Shown here: in pieces, positions 28,120 through 44,220 of the stretch | Layout of the letters: every line of letters starts with the position of its first letter | How positions within the stretch are numbered: the stretch's first letter is position 1 | Origin: the human T2T-CHM13v2.0 reference genome, Homo sapiens | Length of the DNA stretch: 64,000 nt | Assembly (NCBI RefSeq): GCF_009914755.1 | Contig: NC_060936.1 | Direction: 5' to 3' (one strand) | Translations under genes and position numbers: made by a program | Notes under the pieces: generated by a model | Told to the model about the DNA's origin: nothing | The model's database searches: none | Seen by the model: only the letters and a program-made list of their open reading frames with translations

Positions 28120-30005
28120 TGTGGTTTTATCTACTTTTGGTCTTTGATAATGGTGATGTACAGATGGGTTTTTGGTGTGGATGTCCTTTCTGTTTGTTAG
28201 TTTTCCTTCTAACAGACAGGACCCTCAGCTGCAGGTCTGTTGGAATATCCTGCCGTGTGATGTGTTGGTGTGCCCCTGCTGAGGGGTGCCTCCCAGTTAG
28301 GCTGCTCGGGGGTCAGGGGTCAGGGACCCACTTGAGGAGTCAGTCTGCCCGTTCTCAGATCTCCAGCTGCGAGCTGGGAGAACCACTGCTCTCTTCAAAG
28401 CTGTCAGACAGGGACATTTAAGTCTGCAGAAGTTACTGCTGTCTTTTTGTTTGTCTGTGCCCTGCCCCCAGAGGTGGAGCCTACAGAGGCAGGCAGGCCT
28501 CCTTGAGCTGTGGTGGGCTCCACCCAGTTCGAGCTTCCCGGCTGCTTTGTTTACCTAAGCAAGCCTGGGCAATGGCGGGTGCCCCTCCCCCAGCCTCGCT
28601 GCCGCCTTGCAGTTTGATCTCAGACTGCTGTGCTAGCAATCAGCGAGACTCTGTGGGCATAGGACCCTCCAAGCCAGGTGCGGGATATAATCTCGTGGTG
28701 CGCCGTTTTTTAAGCCCGTCGGAAAAGCACAGTATTCGGGTGGGAGTTTCCCGATTTTCCAGGTGTGTCCGTCACCCCTTTGTTTGACTCAGAAAGGGAA
28801 CTCCCTGAACCCTTGCACTTCCCGAGTGAGGCAATGCCTCGCCCTGCTTCGGCTCGCACACGGTGCACGCACCCACTGACCTGCGCCCACTGTCTGGCAC
28901 TCCCTAGTGAGATGAACCCGGTACCTCAGATGGAAATGCAGAAATCACCGTCTTCTGTGTCGCTCATGCTGGGAGCTGTAGACCGGAGCTGTTCCTATTC
29001 GGCCATCTTGGCTCCTCCCTCTCTTAGATATATTCTAATAACAAAATTTTCTGGTATGAAAATCACTAGCATAAAAAGTAACTGAAAAATGTAATCAGTT
29101 ATATGTTCATCATGTGGAAACATTAAACATGCTGGCCTCTTTTGGAGCCAAGATGGCCGAATAGGAACAGCTCCGGTCTACAGCTCCCAGCGTGAGCGAC
29201 GCAGAAGATGGTGATTTCTGCATTTCCATCTGAGGTACCGGGTTCATCTCACTAGGGAGTGCCAGACAGTGGGCGCAGGCCAGTGGGTGCATGCACCATG
29301 TGCGAGCCGAAGCAGGGCGAGGCATTGCCTCACCTGCGAAGCGCAAGGGGTCAGGGAGTTCCCTTTCCAAGTCAAAGAAAGGGGTGACGGACGCACCTGG
29401 AAAATCGGGTCACTCCCACTCGACTATTGCACTTTTCAGACCGGCTTAAAAAACGGCGCACCATGAGACTATATCCCACACCTGGCTCGGAGGGTCCTAC
29501 CCCCACGGAATCTCGCTGATTGCTAGCACAGCAGTCTGAGATCAAACTGCAAGGCGGCAGCTAGGCTCGGGGAGGGGCGCCCGCCATTGCCCAGGCTTGC
29601 TTAGGTAAACAAAGCAGCTTCCCGGCCTGCCTGCCTCTGTAGGCTCCACCTCTGGGGGCAGGGCACAGACAAACAAAAAGACAGCAGTAACCTCTGCAGA
29701 CTTAAATGTCCCTGTCTGACAGCTTTGAAGAGAGCAGTGGTTCTCCCAGCATGCAGCTGGAGATCTGAGAACGGGCAGACTGACTCCTCAAGTGGGTCCC
29801 TGACCCCTGACCCCCGAGCAGCCTAACTGGGAGGCACCCCGAGCAGGGGCACACTGACACCTCACACGGCAGGGTATTCCAACAGACCTGCAGCTGAGGG
29901 TCCTGTCTGTTAGAAGGAAAACTAACAAACAGAAAGGACATCCACACCGAAAACCCATCTGTACATCACCATCATCAAAGACCAAAAGTAGATAAAACCA
30001 CAAAG
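28120..30005. promoter_or_regulatory. Two divergent L1 5'UTR promoters (sense outward, antisense promoters inward); CpG-rich; YY1 sites at ~29002-29010 and ~29150-29158
   Basis: Both 5'UTRs present with the AAGATGGCC motif; promoter function inferred from known L1 biology. Confidence 0.75.
28572..28787 (+). CDS. L1 ORF0 (71 aa, antisense ORF in the 5'UTR of L1-A), intact reading frame
   Basis: MAGAPPPASLPPCSLISDCCASNQRDSVGIGPSKPGAGYNLVVRRFLSPSEKHSIRVGVSRFSRCVRHPFV matches primate L1 ORF0; expression not shown. Confidence 0.85.
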   Translation: MAGAPPPASLPPCSLISDCCASNQRDSVGIGPSKPGAGYNLVVRRFLSPSEKHSIRVGVSRFSRCVRHPFV

Positions 30006-31022
30006 ATGGGGAAAAAACATAACAGAAAAACTGGAAACTCTAAAACGCAGAGCGCCTCTCCTCCTCCAAAGGAACGCAGTTCCTCACCAGCAACAGAACA
30101 AAGCTGGATGGAGAATGATTTTGACGAGCTGAGAGAGGAAGGCTTCAGACGATCAAATTACTCTGAGCTACGGGAGGACATTCAAACCAAAGGCAAAGAA
30201 GTTGAAAACTTTGAAAAAAATTTAGAAGAATGTATAACTAGAATAACCAATACAGAGAAGTGCTTAAAGGAGCTGATGCAGCTGAAAACCAAGGCTCGAG
30301 AACTATGTGAAGAATGCAGAAGCCTCAGGAGCCGATGCGATCAACTGGAAGAAAGGGTATCAGCAATGGAAGATGAAATGAATGAAATGAAGCGAGAAGG
30401 GAAGTTTAGAGAAAAAAGAATAAAAAGAAATGAGCAAAGCCTCCAAGAAATATGGGACTATGTGAAAAGACCAAATCTACGTCTGATTGGTGTACCTGAA
30501 AGTGATGGGGAGAATGGAACCAAGTTGGAAAACACTCTGCAGGATATTATCCAGGAGAACTTCCCCAATCTAGCAAGGCAGGCCAACGTTCAGATTCAGG
30601 AAATACAGAGAACGCCACAAAGATACTCCTTGAGAAGAGCAACTCCAAGACACATAATTGTCAGATTCACCAAAGTTGAAATGAAGGAAAAAATGTCAAG
30701 GGCAGCCAGAGAGAAAGGTCGGGTTACCCTCAAAGGGAAGCCCATCAGACTAACAGCGGATCTCTCGGCAGAAACCCTACAAGCCAGAAGAGAGTGGGGG
30801 CCAATATTCAACATTCTTAAAGAAAAGAATTTTCAACCCAGAATTTCATATCCAGCCAAACTAAGCTTCATAAGTGAAGGAGAAATAAAATACTTTACAG
30901 ACAAGCAAATGCTGAGAGATTTTGTCACCACTAGGCCTGCCCTAAAAGAGCTCCTGAAGGAAGCACTAAACATGGAAAGGAACAACCGGTACCAGCCGCT
31001 GCAAAATCATGCCAAAATGTAA
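30006..31022 (+). CDS. L1 ORF1p, intact 338 aa (RNA-binding chaperone)
   Basis: Full-length MGKKHNRK...QNHAKM with REKG, ARR and YPAKLS motifs retained. Confidence 0.93.
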   Translation: MGKKHNRKTGNSKTQSASPPPKERSSSPATEQSWMENDFDELREEGFRRSNYSELREDIQTKGKEVENFEKNLEECITRITNTEKCLKELMQLKTKARELCEECRSLRSRCDQLEERVSAMEDEMNEMKREGKFREKRIKRNEQSLQEIWDYVKRPNLRLIGVPESDGENGTKLENTLQDIIQENFPNLARQANVQIQEIQRTPQRYSLRRATPRHIIVRFTKVEMKEKMSRAAREKGRVTLKGKPIRLTADLSAETLQARREWGPIFNILKEKNFQPRISYPAKLSFISEGEIKYFTDKQMLRDFVTTRPALKELLKEALNMERNNRYQPLQNHAKM

Positions 31023-31085
31023 AGACCATCGAGACTACGAAGAAACTGCATCAACTAACGAGCAAAATCACCAGCTAACATCATA

Positions 31086-34912
<3,827 letters not shown>

Positions 34913-36362
34913 ACAATGAGATCACATGGACACAGGAAGGGGAATATCACACTCTGGGGACTGTGGTGGGGAGGGGGGAGGGGGGAGGGATAGCATTGGG
35001 AGATATACCTAATGCTAGATGACGAGTTAGTGGGTGCAGCGCACCAGCATGGCACATGTATACATATGTAACTAACCTGCACAATGTGCACATGTACCCT
35101 AAAACTTAAAGTATAATTAAAAAATAATAATAATAAAAAAAAAAAAAACATGCTGGCCTCACAAATCCTTGACCTCTTGATTTTCCAATAAGTTCCAACT
35201 GTGTTTTTAAATATTGTTTCCGTCATCCTTTCCACTGGCCTCATCGTCACTTGATTTTATTTATTTTGCTATCTCAAAGGGGAAATACTCTTTTCTGACC
35301 ACAGCCTCTTATCTTTCCATTTCTTCCTTTCATTACCAAACACTTGGGCCTTCCCTTTCCTCATTATAGTTTCCCAATGTCCAGTTTGAATCGGATGGTC
35401 ATTTCTTTCTAGTTTAATTTCAATGGAACCTCAAATTGCTCTCCCTTCTTTCACCGAAACTGCAGCATAAAATATGTCAGGCTGAGATAACTTGTTGGCC
35501 AAGTTGTTTGGGTGGTGGCAGAATGAATGGCAATAATGCATTCTGTACACGATCCAAAGCTCTCACCAGGGGAGAAAGCATACAGTAGGGGAGATTTAAA
35601 AGCTACAGCTTGAAGTATGTATGTTCTGAAGACTTTGGTAGGGAGGGGAAGAGAGAGACTACTTGGGATCCTGTTCATTGGCTTGAATAAGGAATAAATA
35701 AAACCAGGAGGAACAGGCTGGGACACCATCAAGCAGACATGGACAAATATGGATCTGTAGCAGTAGATCACAATACCAGATAGTGACTTTATTGAAACCA
35801 AAATGCCTTGGCTCTTCAGTCTTCATTTCACAAATAAAAGAATTCCCAAGGGTGAAGTGGAGGATCTAATACACCACTCCATAGGTTGTTGATCTAGTAT
35901 TTTGAGGAACATACTAGGATGCATTACAATACCTCACCTTAAATGTATAGAATGGAGTAGCATCTCTTGATGGGATCTTCTCCAGCTGATTGTCTCCAGC
36001 ACCTCTGAGTCAGATCTGGTGAGATGTGCAGCTACTATAGAGTACATATGTGTACAGATGCACCACAGAGATTCAAACACGAGGGGAATGTCCTTGTTCA
36101 CAATGAGGGATTACCAGATCCTCTTCCCCAGTTTATAGCCAGGAATGTTGCCTTCCACTGGATCTTCCACACACTTCTGTTTCCACAGATCAATTTGTTC
36201 TTAAACCAATCATGACAGTTTAGTTGTATTAAAGCTTCATCATTTAAGAGTATGTATACTAATAAAATGTGAATGTGGAAAGAAATAAAATTGTTTTTAT
36301 GAGTAGTTAAATGCTTTGAAAAGATAGGTTGGTAAAAAATAATTCCTGATAAATTAGACATT

Positions 36363-37291
36363 TGTATTAGAGTTCTCCAGAGAAACAGAACTAATAGAAT
36401 GTATTATAAAGAATTGTCTCATGCTGTTATGAAGAATAAGGCCCAAAATCTTCACTCAACAAGCCAGAGACCCAGGAGAGCTGATCTAGTTTGGATATTT
36501 GTCCCGGCCCAAATCTCATGTTGAAATGCAATCCCCAGTGTTGGAGGTGGGGCCTGGTGGGAGGTGTTTGGATCATGGGGGTGGATCCCTCATGGATGGC
36601 TTGGGCAATACTCTTGGTGATAAGTGAGCTCACGCTCTGAGTTCACATAAAATCTGGTCATTTAGAAGCGTGTATGTTTAACAGCTCCTCTCTTTCTCTT
36701 TCTCTCTCTCTCTCTCTCACTCTTGCTCTTGCTTTTACCAAGTGATGCGCTTATGCCCACTTCGCCTTCTGCTGGGATTGTAAACCTCCTGAGGCCTCCC
36801 CAGAAGAAGATGCTGCTATGCTTCCTGCACAGCCTGCAAAACTGTAAACCAATTAAACCTCTATTTTTATAAATTACCCAGTCTCAGGTATTTCTTTATA
36901 GTGATGCAAAAATGGATGGATACAAGATCCAATGGTGGCGTTTCACTCTGAAAGCCAGCAGGTTAAAGGTCCAAGGTAATCCAGTGTTTCAGCCTGAGTC
37001 AAAAGTCCAGAAAAGATCAATGCCCCAGCACAGTCAGGCAGACTGAGTTCCCTCTTACTCAGCCTTTTTGTTCTATTCAGATCTCTATCTGGGAGATTGA
37101 ATCAGGCCCCCTTACATTACTGGGTTTGTGGGGAGTGCTGGGGAGGTGGGGCAATCTGCTTTACTCAGTCTATAATTCAAATGTGAATCTTATCTGGAAA
37201 CACCCACCCAGACAAACCCAGAATAATATTTAGCTAAATGTCTGAACACCCTATTGTCCAGTCAAACTGCCACATAAAATTAACCTATTGC
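36363..37291 (-). mobile_element. MLT2 LTR interrupted by an MST LTR
   Basis: tgtattagagttctccagagaaacagaac...ccagtcaaactgccacataaaattaacc. Confidence 0.8.
36482..36924 (+). mobile_element. MSTA/MSTB MaLR solo LTR nested in MLT2
   Basis: tgatctagtttggatatttgtcccggcccaaatctcatgttgaaatg...ccagtctcaggtatttctttatag; near-TSD agagc/agatc. Confidence 0.88.
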
Positions 37292-40200
37292 TGAAGCATT
37301 TCTTTTAAAAAATTTTAATAATCCCTAACTCAGATTCAATGCATGAAAATTATAGATGATGTATTATTATATGTGCAATTTATGGGAAAGAGAGGATAAA
37401 AGATCTTTTGAATATGGTTAGATTTACATCCACCTAAAAACATGTCTGTGTTCTGCATTCAAAATAGTGGAGAAGTTTTAAGGTAAAATAAAATGATGTT
37501 TGCATACTTCAATTTTTTAATGATTCCACACTTTAATAGATTTTTTTCAATTAATCCACTAAATAGTTGTCTCAGATAATATAAGTTAACAGTGATTCTA
37601 GTGTATAAAACCATAAAATTGGCAAGTACAGTCAAGGAAATGAGATACATGAAAGTCAGAACTACTTATGAAGACAGCTTAATTTTGCCTCAAGGCATCT
37701 TTTTTCCCTGTGCATTCTATATAGTGCCAATTCTTGCTATTTGGTGTTTTAAAGGTCACTCAGAACCTGGAACTATCCATCGTAGCCATTCCAGCCTTTA
37801 GTAATGTCAATCATCATATCACTCCTCTCTTACTATTGACTGCTGAACATGTTAGAAAAAGTCATGCAGTGATGGCAGCTGGAATGACAGCCAATCCATG
37901 TTATCTAACATCAGCTGCCCATCAAGACTCCTGGGCAATCATTTATCTGCAGTTGACTCTCACTTCATGCAATTTGTGTTATAAATGTTTCCTGTGTTTC
38001 CAACTCCTACAAAACCCTCAAATCCATGTGTATCTTCTTCACTTTCAGCCAATAGGAATCTCGCCTCCTATATACTTGAAAAAGTAAAGGCCATATGATA
38101 TGAATTGTCTCCATTTGACCACAACATATCTGCGATAACCCTCTTGCTTTCCTCTTACCTCAGAGTTTTCTCCTCTCTCTCTCGGAGATGTCATTCATTT
38201 ACACAATGCGACAACACATAGGTCTCACTTCTGCATCTTCCCCTACATTGTCATTCAACTAACTACTGAATGTCCTCAACTAGATTTCCTGCAAATGCTT
38301 TAAACATAGTACCTTTAAATTCTTTAGGATTTCCTTCAATCCTATAAAATTTTGTGGATCTATAAAATTATCTGGATAGTTGTCTTTATTCTCCAATTCA
38401 TTTATTCAGGTCAAGATAGGTGAATGATTGATTTTTTTTCTCTCTCTAGCACTAAAATTCCATAATCTTTTTACTATGTCAAGTTTAACACCCTATCAAA
38501 TTCTTCCTCCAGGATTTAATCCCATAATGCATTCACTTTGGCCATCTTAATCATGAGCTTATTCCTGTAGTAAAATGAACTTGCATTTTCCTGCTTCGTC
38601 AAATGATAAGCTAATGAAAGATCCTTGCCAACAGAGTTTTTAAATGATAACTGGAAGTTGCCAAAATACTCCCCTGACAGAGTCTCCCTTCATTCGGACA
38701 GAATCTAAGTTCAACCAGCAGGGGCTCCCTGAAGGCCAGACCTGCCAGCTGGCACCAAGGGCTTCCAGGTGGTCATCTCAGCTAATTGACAACGCCACTG
38801 GAGAGATTGCCAACTACACTGACTCATAGAAAGGAAGTTTACCTTTCTTTCAGGAATGGAAAGACAAAATGCCAAATGCAGCAGGTTGCATATCTTTGCT
38901 CATAAAATGTATAATTTGTCAGAATCATTTTTCTTTAAATGCTTTAATGGAAATCCTTGGCAGGTGCATACACTAATGATTCCCATATTAATTCAGTCCT
39001 CAGTCGTTCCATTTTATCCCTAAACTCTTTGCACCTCTTAGGTAGTGCTATTATTTTTTTGATTATGAATCACATGACGAGGCCATTTTTCCAAAGAAAA
39101 GGATATCTCTGTTACATTTGAAAGTGCTCTGTGACTCTTCTTAGATGGCCTGTGCTGAAATTAGTAATAACAGGTGGGATTGACTGTGGAACAATATATA
39201 ATGTCTTCGTGCAATGTTAAATTTTACAGCCCCAGAATAATTGTAGAGAAACATTACAAAGCAAAGAGAAAGTAGAGTTTTCAAAGCTGAGAAATCTCTT
39301 TTGTCAAATTTATCTTATTAAGAGTGGTTTTCCGATTTGAAAGATATTAGAATATCATTTATTTTACTGCCAACTTTGATTCTCATTAGATATTCAAAAA
39401 TTTTCCTCAAATAAAATGTTGAAGTTTAACCTAACCCCCTAATGACAGGGTTAATTTGGCTGCCAAATTTATACAAGAATAGAGAAGAAAAAGATATGTG
39501 CTTCAAGAGGGAAAAAAATCACATTCCATTATAATAATGCAGACAAGGAGTGTAGGTTTTGGGTTCTGAAGTCTATGTGAACTCCAGGAGTGGTCATATT
39601 AAAATTCATGTCACATCGCAAGTTTGTTTCTACTGAAAACTGCTCTGCTTAATCTGATATCCTATCAGTCAGATTTTAAGCACTTCTCTCACCTTTAAGA
39701 ATGTGATAAAAATGTCCTACTGAGCCATCAAACTGCTTTCATTTTGTTTAATCCCTCAAAATGCTGTTGCTAAGGGAGAAGGGAGCCTAGGTGAAGCCAT
39801 TCTGTTCATGCAGGTGCTGGCCGCCCAACACCACCCCTATGCCAGATGTGCAAAGCCCTTCATATTTTCCTTGCCAAAGGTAGGCTATTCAAATTTCATA
39901 GGCTTAGCAGTTTTACTTCTCCTTTTCTCTCCTCACCCTCAAGATATTCTCAGAGGGGTTTTATTCAACACCATACCGTGCTGAAGTTGTATGGGTGATA
40001 CAGTAATTGCATGTAAGATACAGTTAAGGCCTAATGAACATTATATTTATGAAGAATGTAGCTCTGATTTCTAAAAGCACTTTGGTAAATTATACAAATT
40101 AAATATTCATTACCTTGTACTTCATTAGTTCACACTTGGAACACTTTTTCTTCATTATGGTAGCCTGGAGTAAAAGCTTTTTTTCTTCTAACACATTTTA

Positions 40201-41303
40201 TCCTGCTATTTTTCAAAAACCCTTTTTTTACAGTATTTGGGGGAAACTGTATTTTTTCTATGGGGGCCATAATATTTATCATTTTCTTTTTTTAAAAAAA
40301 CTGCATCTTTATCTCACACAAAGAAAGCAAATATCTGTTTCAAGTTCTTATTTCAATAGTCAGCATAAAAATGTGCAAACTTTTACCTCTGGCTTTCACT
40401 CATCGCTTACTTCCTGCTCTTATTCCTATAAAAGAAAGTTATTTCATTAGGGAGAAACCTTGGCACTAAGCTAGAGGTACTGCAGAGTTATAAAGATGTG
40501 TATTTTCCATACTGGAATAACCTTACAGTGATTTATTAGTCATCACGCTCTGAGAAGTTAAAAATCCTTTAAGTGGTAAGGTTGTTTGTCTGAGGTAGGT
40601 GATTAATAGACAGCCTTCCTTAGCACGTGCAAATTAAAATAGAAGAAGGAATTATGATTGGAGCTCTCCTTTTCCACTTCTAAACACGCTAGTCAGCTAG
40701 GATGTATTCTTTCTTTGATGTATTCAGCAAATGTGTGTGTGAAATACTGAAAATGAGTCACCCTCCTAGGAGTTTATCAATTGAATGTCTGTTGCAGGTG
40801 GTCATACAGTCTCAAACAACTGAAAACAGGTGACTTAAAAATGTACTTGTAGACAAAATAAATGTCTCCAACTTTAAAGCTCTTCAGATTTTGTTCTCTT
40901 AAGATGTACATAAATGGCAATTAATGATGGGTTTTTACTAAAGGATGTCAGGGAGAGACCTGAATTGTAAAAGCATTTTAAAATCAGGTTTGAAAAGATA
41001 AAATGGTCTCCTTGAATTTTAAAGAGCACTTGACTAGAAAACAGGAGACTTGAATTTGAGTTCTGGATGCATCATGTAGTCTTACAATCTTCATAAAAAT
41101 CCCTTACTCTTTTTAAGCATCAGTGATCTAATCTGGTAAATGGGAATAAGAATACTCACTTTGCCCATTCCTCTGATTTGTAGTGAAGATTATAAAAAGT
41201 TTTTAAAAACCAAATGTGAAAGCTTTTACAAAGTAAAATAGGTTAATGATATTAAAAATTAAAATCATGTGCTCCATAATTTCCATACACTAAAATATCA
41301 ATC

Positions 41304-42440
41304 AAGACCTGAAACCGTAAAATTTGTAAAAGATAACATTGGAAAAACTCTTCTAGACATTGGCTTAGGCAAAGAGTTTATGACCAAGAACCCAAAAGCA
41401 AATGCAACAAAAACAAAAAATAAATAGATGGAAACTAATTACACTAAAAAGCTTCTGCACAGCAAAAGAAATAATCAGCAGAGTAAAAAGCCCACAGAGT
41501 GGGAAAAAGTATTTATAAACTATGCATCCAACAAAGGACTAATATCCAGAATCTACAAGAAACTCAAACAAATCAGCAAGAGAAAAACAAATAATCCCAT
41601 CAAACAATGGGCAAAGGACATGAATAGACAATTCTCAAAAGAAGATATACAAATGGCCAACAAACATATGAAAAATGCCCAATATCACTAATTATCAGGG
41701 AAATGTAAATTAAAACCACAGTGAGATACCATCTTACTACTGCAAGAATGGCCATAATTTTAAAAATCAAAAAATAACAGATATTGGCATGGATGTGGTG
41801 GAGAGGGAACACTTTTACACTGCTGGTGGGAATGTAAACTAGTACAACCACTAGGGAGAGTCCTTAAAGAACTAAAAGTAGAACCATCATTTAATCCAGC
41901 AATCCTGCTACTGGGTATCTACCCAAAGGAAAAGAAGTCATTCTATGAAAAGCACACTTGTACACACATATTTATAGCAGCATAATTCACAATTGCAAAA
42001 ATATGGAGCCAGCCCATCAACCAATGAATGGATAAAGAAAATTTGGTGTATATATACGATGGCATACTACTCAGCCATAAAAAGGAACAAAATAATGGCA
42101 TTTGCACAACCTGGGTGGAGTTAGAGACCATTATTCTAAGTGAAGTAACTCAGGAATGGAAAACCAAATATTGTATGTTCTCACTTATAAGTGGCAGCTG
42201 AGCTATGAGGATGCAAAGGCATAAGAATGATACAACTGACTTTGGGGCTTCAGGGGGAAGGGGAAAGGGTGAAAGGTGGGTAAGGGATAAAAAACTACAT
42301 ATTGGATACAGTGTACACTGCTCTAGTGACAGATACACCAAAATCTCAGAATTCACCACTGAAGAGCTTATCCACATAATAAAAAACCACTTGTTCCCCA
42401 AAAACTATTGAAATAAAATAAAACTAAAATTAAAAATAAA
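41304..42440 (+). mobile_element. L1PB/L1MA-type 3' fragment
   Basis: Degenerate ORF2 C-terminus ([22 protein letters not shown]), 3'UTR and A-rich tail. Confidence 0.88.
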
Positions 42441-43089
42441 TATTTTTATACTATAACAGTATAGTAAAAAATAAAATAAAATATGGTCTCCATTTTAAAG
42501 CATGCAAAGTGAAGAAAGAATAGCAGTCCAGGCAATCATCTTTCTTGAGTGGTAACATGTATTCTATCAGCATGCTTTGGCAGGCTGGTCATTGTATCAC
42601 TTGGGTGAGAGCTTATCCATGATTCTTTTTGCTTCTAGTGCCTATTCTAACTAACTTCTCTTCCATAGGTAACTTAAAGGAAATAATACAGTTATAGGAA
42701 TAAGCTTTCAGCAGGAACTTGAAAGAAATGACAATAAGTGGCTTTGTAGGTATTAAATCTACTTATGTCAAAACTGAAAGAGTCCAGAGAATATAAGGGA
42801 GACATGAGGAAAGGAGGAACGTGGTGACACAAGTAGCTTAGAGAGCAAAGTAGAAAATAGAACAGAGACTATGAAAAAGGTGTTGGCAAATTGTTTTGTT
42901 TGCATGTTATGTTGGAAAAGAAGCTCTTAAAAGCAACCAAGAAAAAAGGTAAAAGTAAAAAATCTGCTTCAGAAAACTGTGTAAAGATTTGACTGGGGTA
43001 GCAGTATTTTGCATGTATCAAAAAAAAAAAGTGAGTAAAAGAAAGTCCTAGAAGCCAGAAAAACAATCTGCAAATTGACTCTGACATTC

Positions 43090-44220
<1,131 letters not shown>

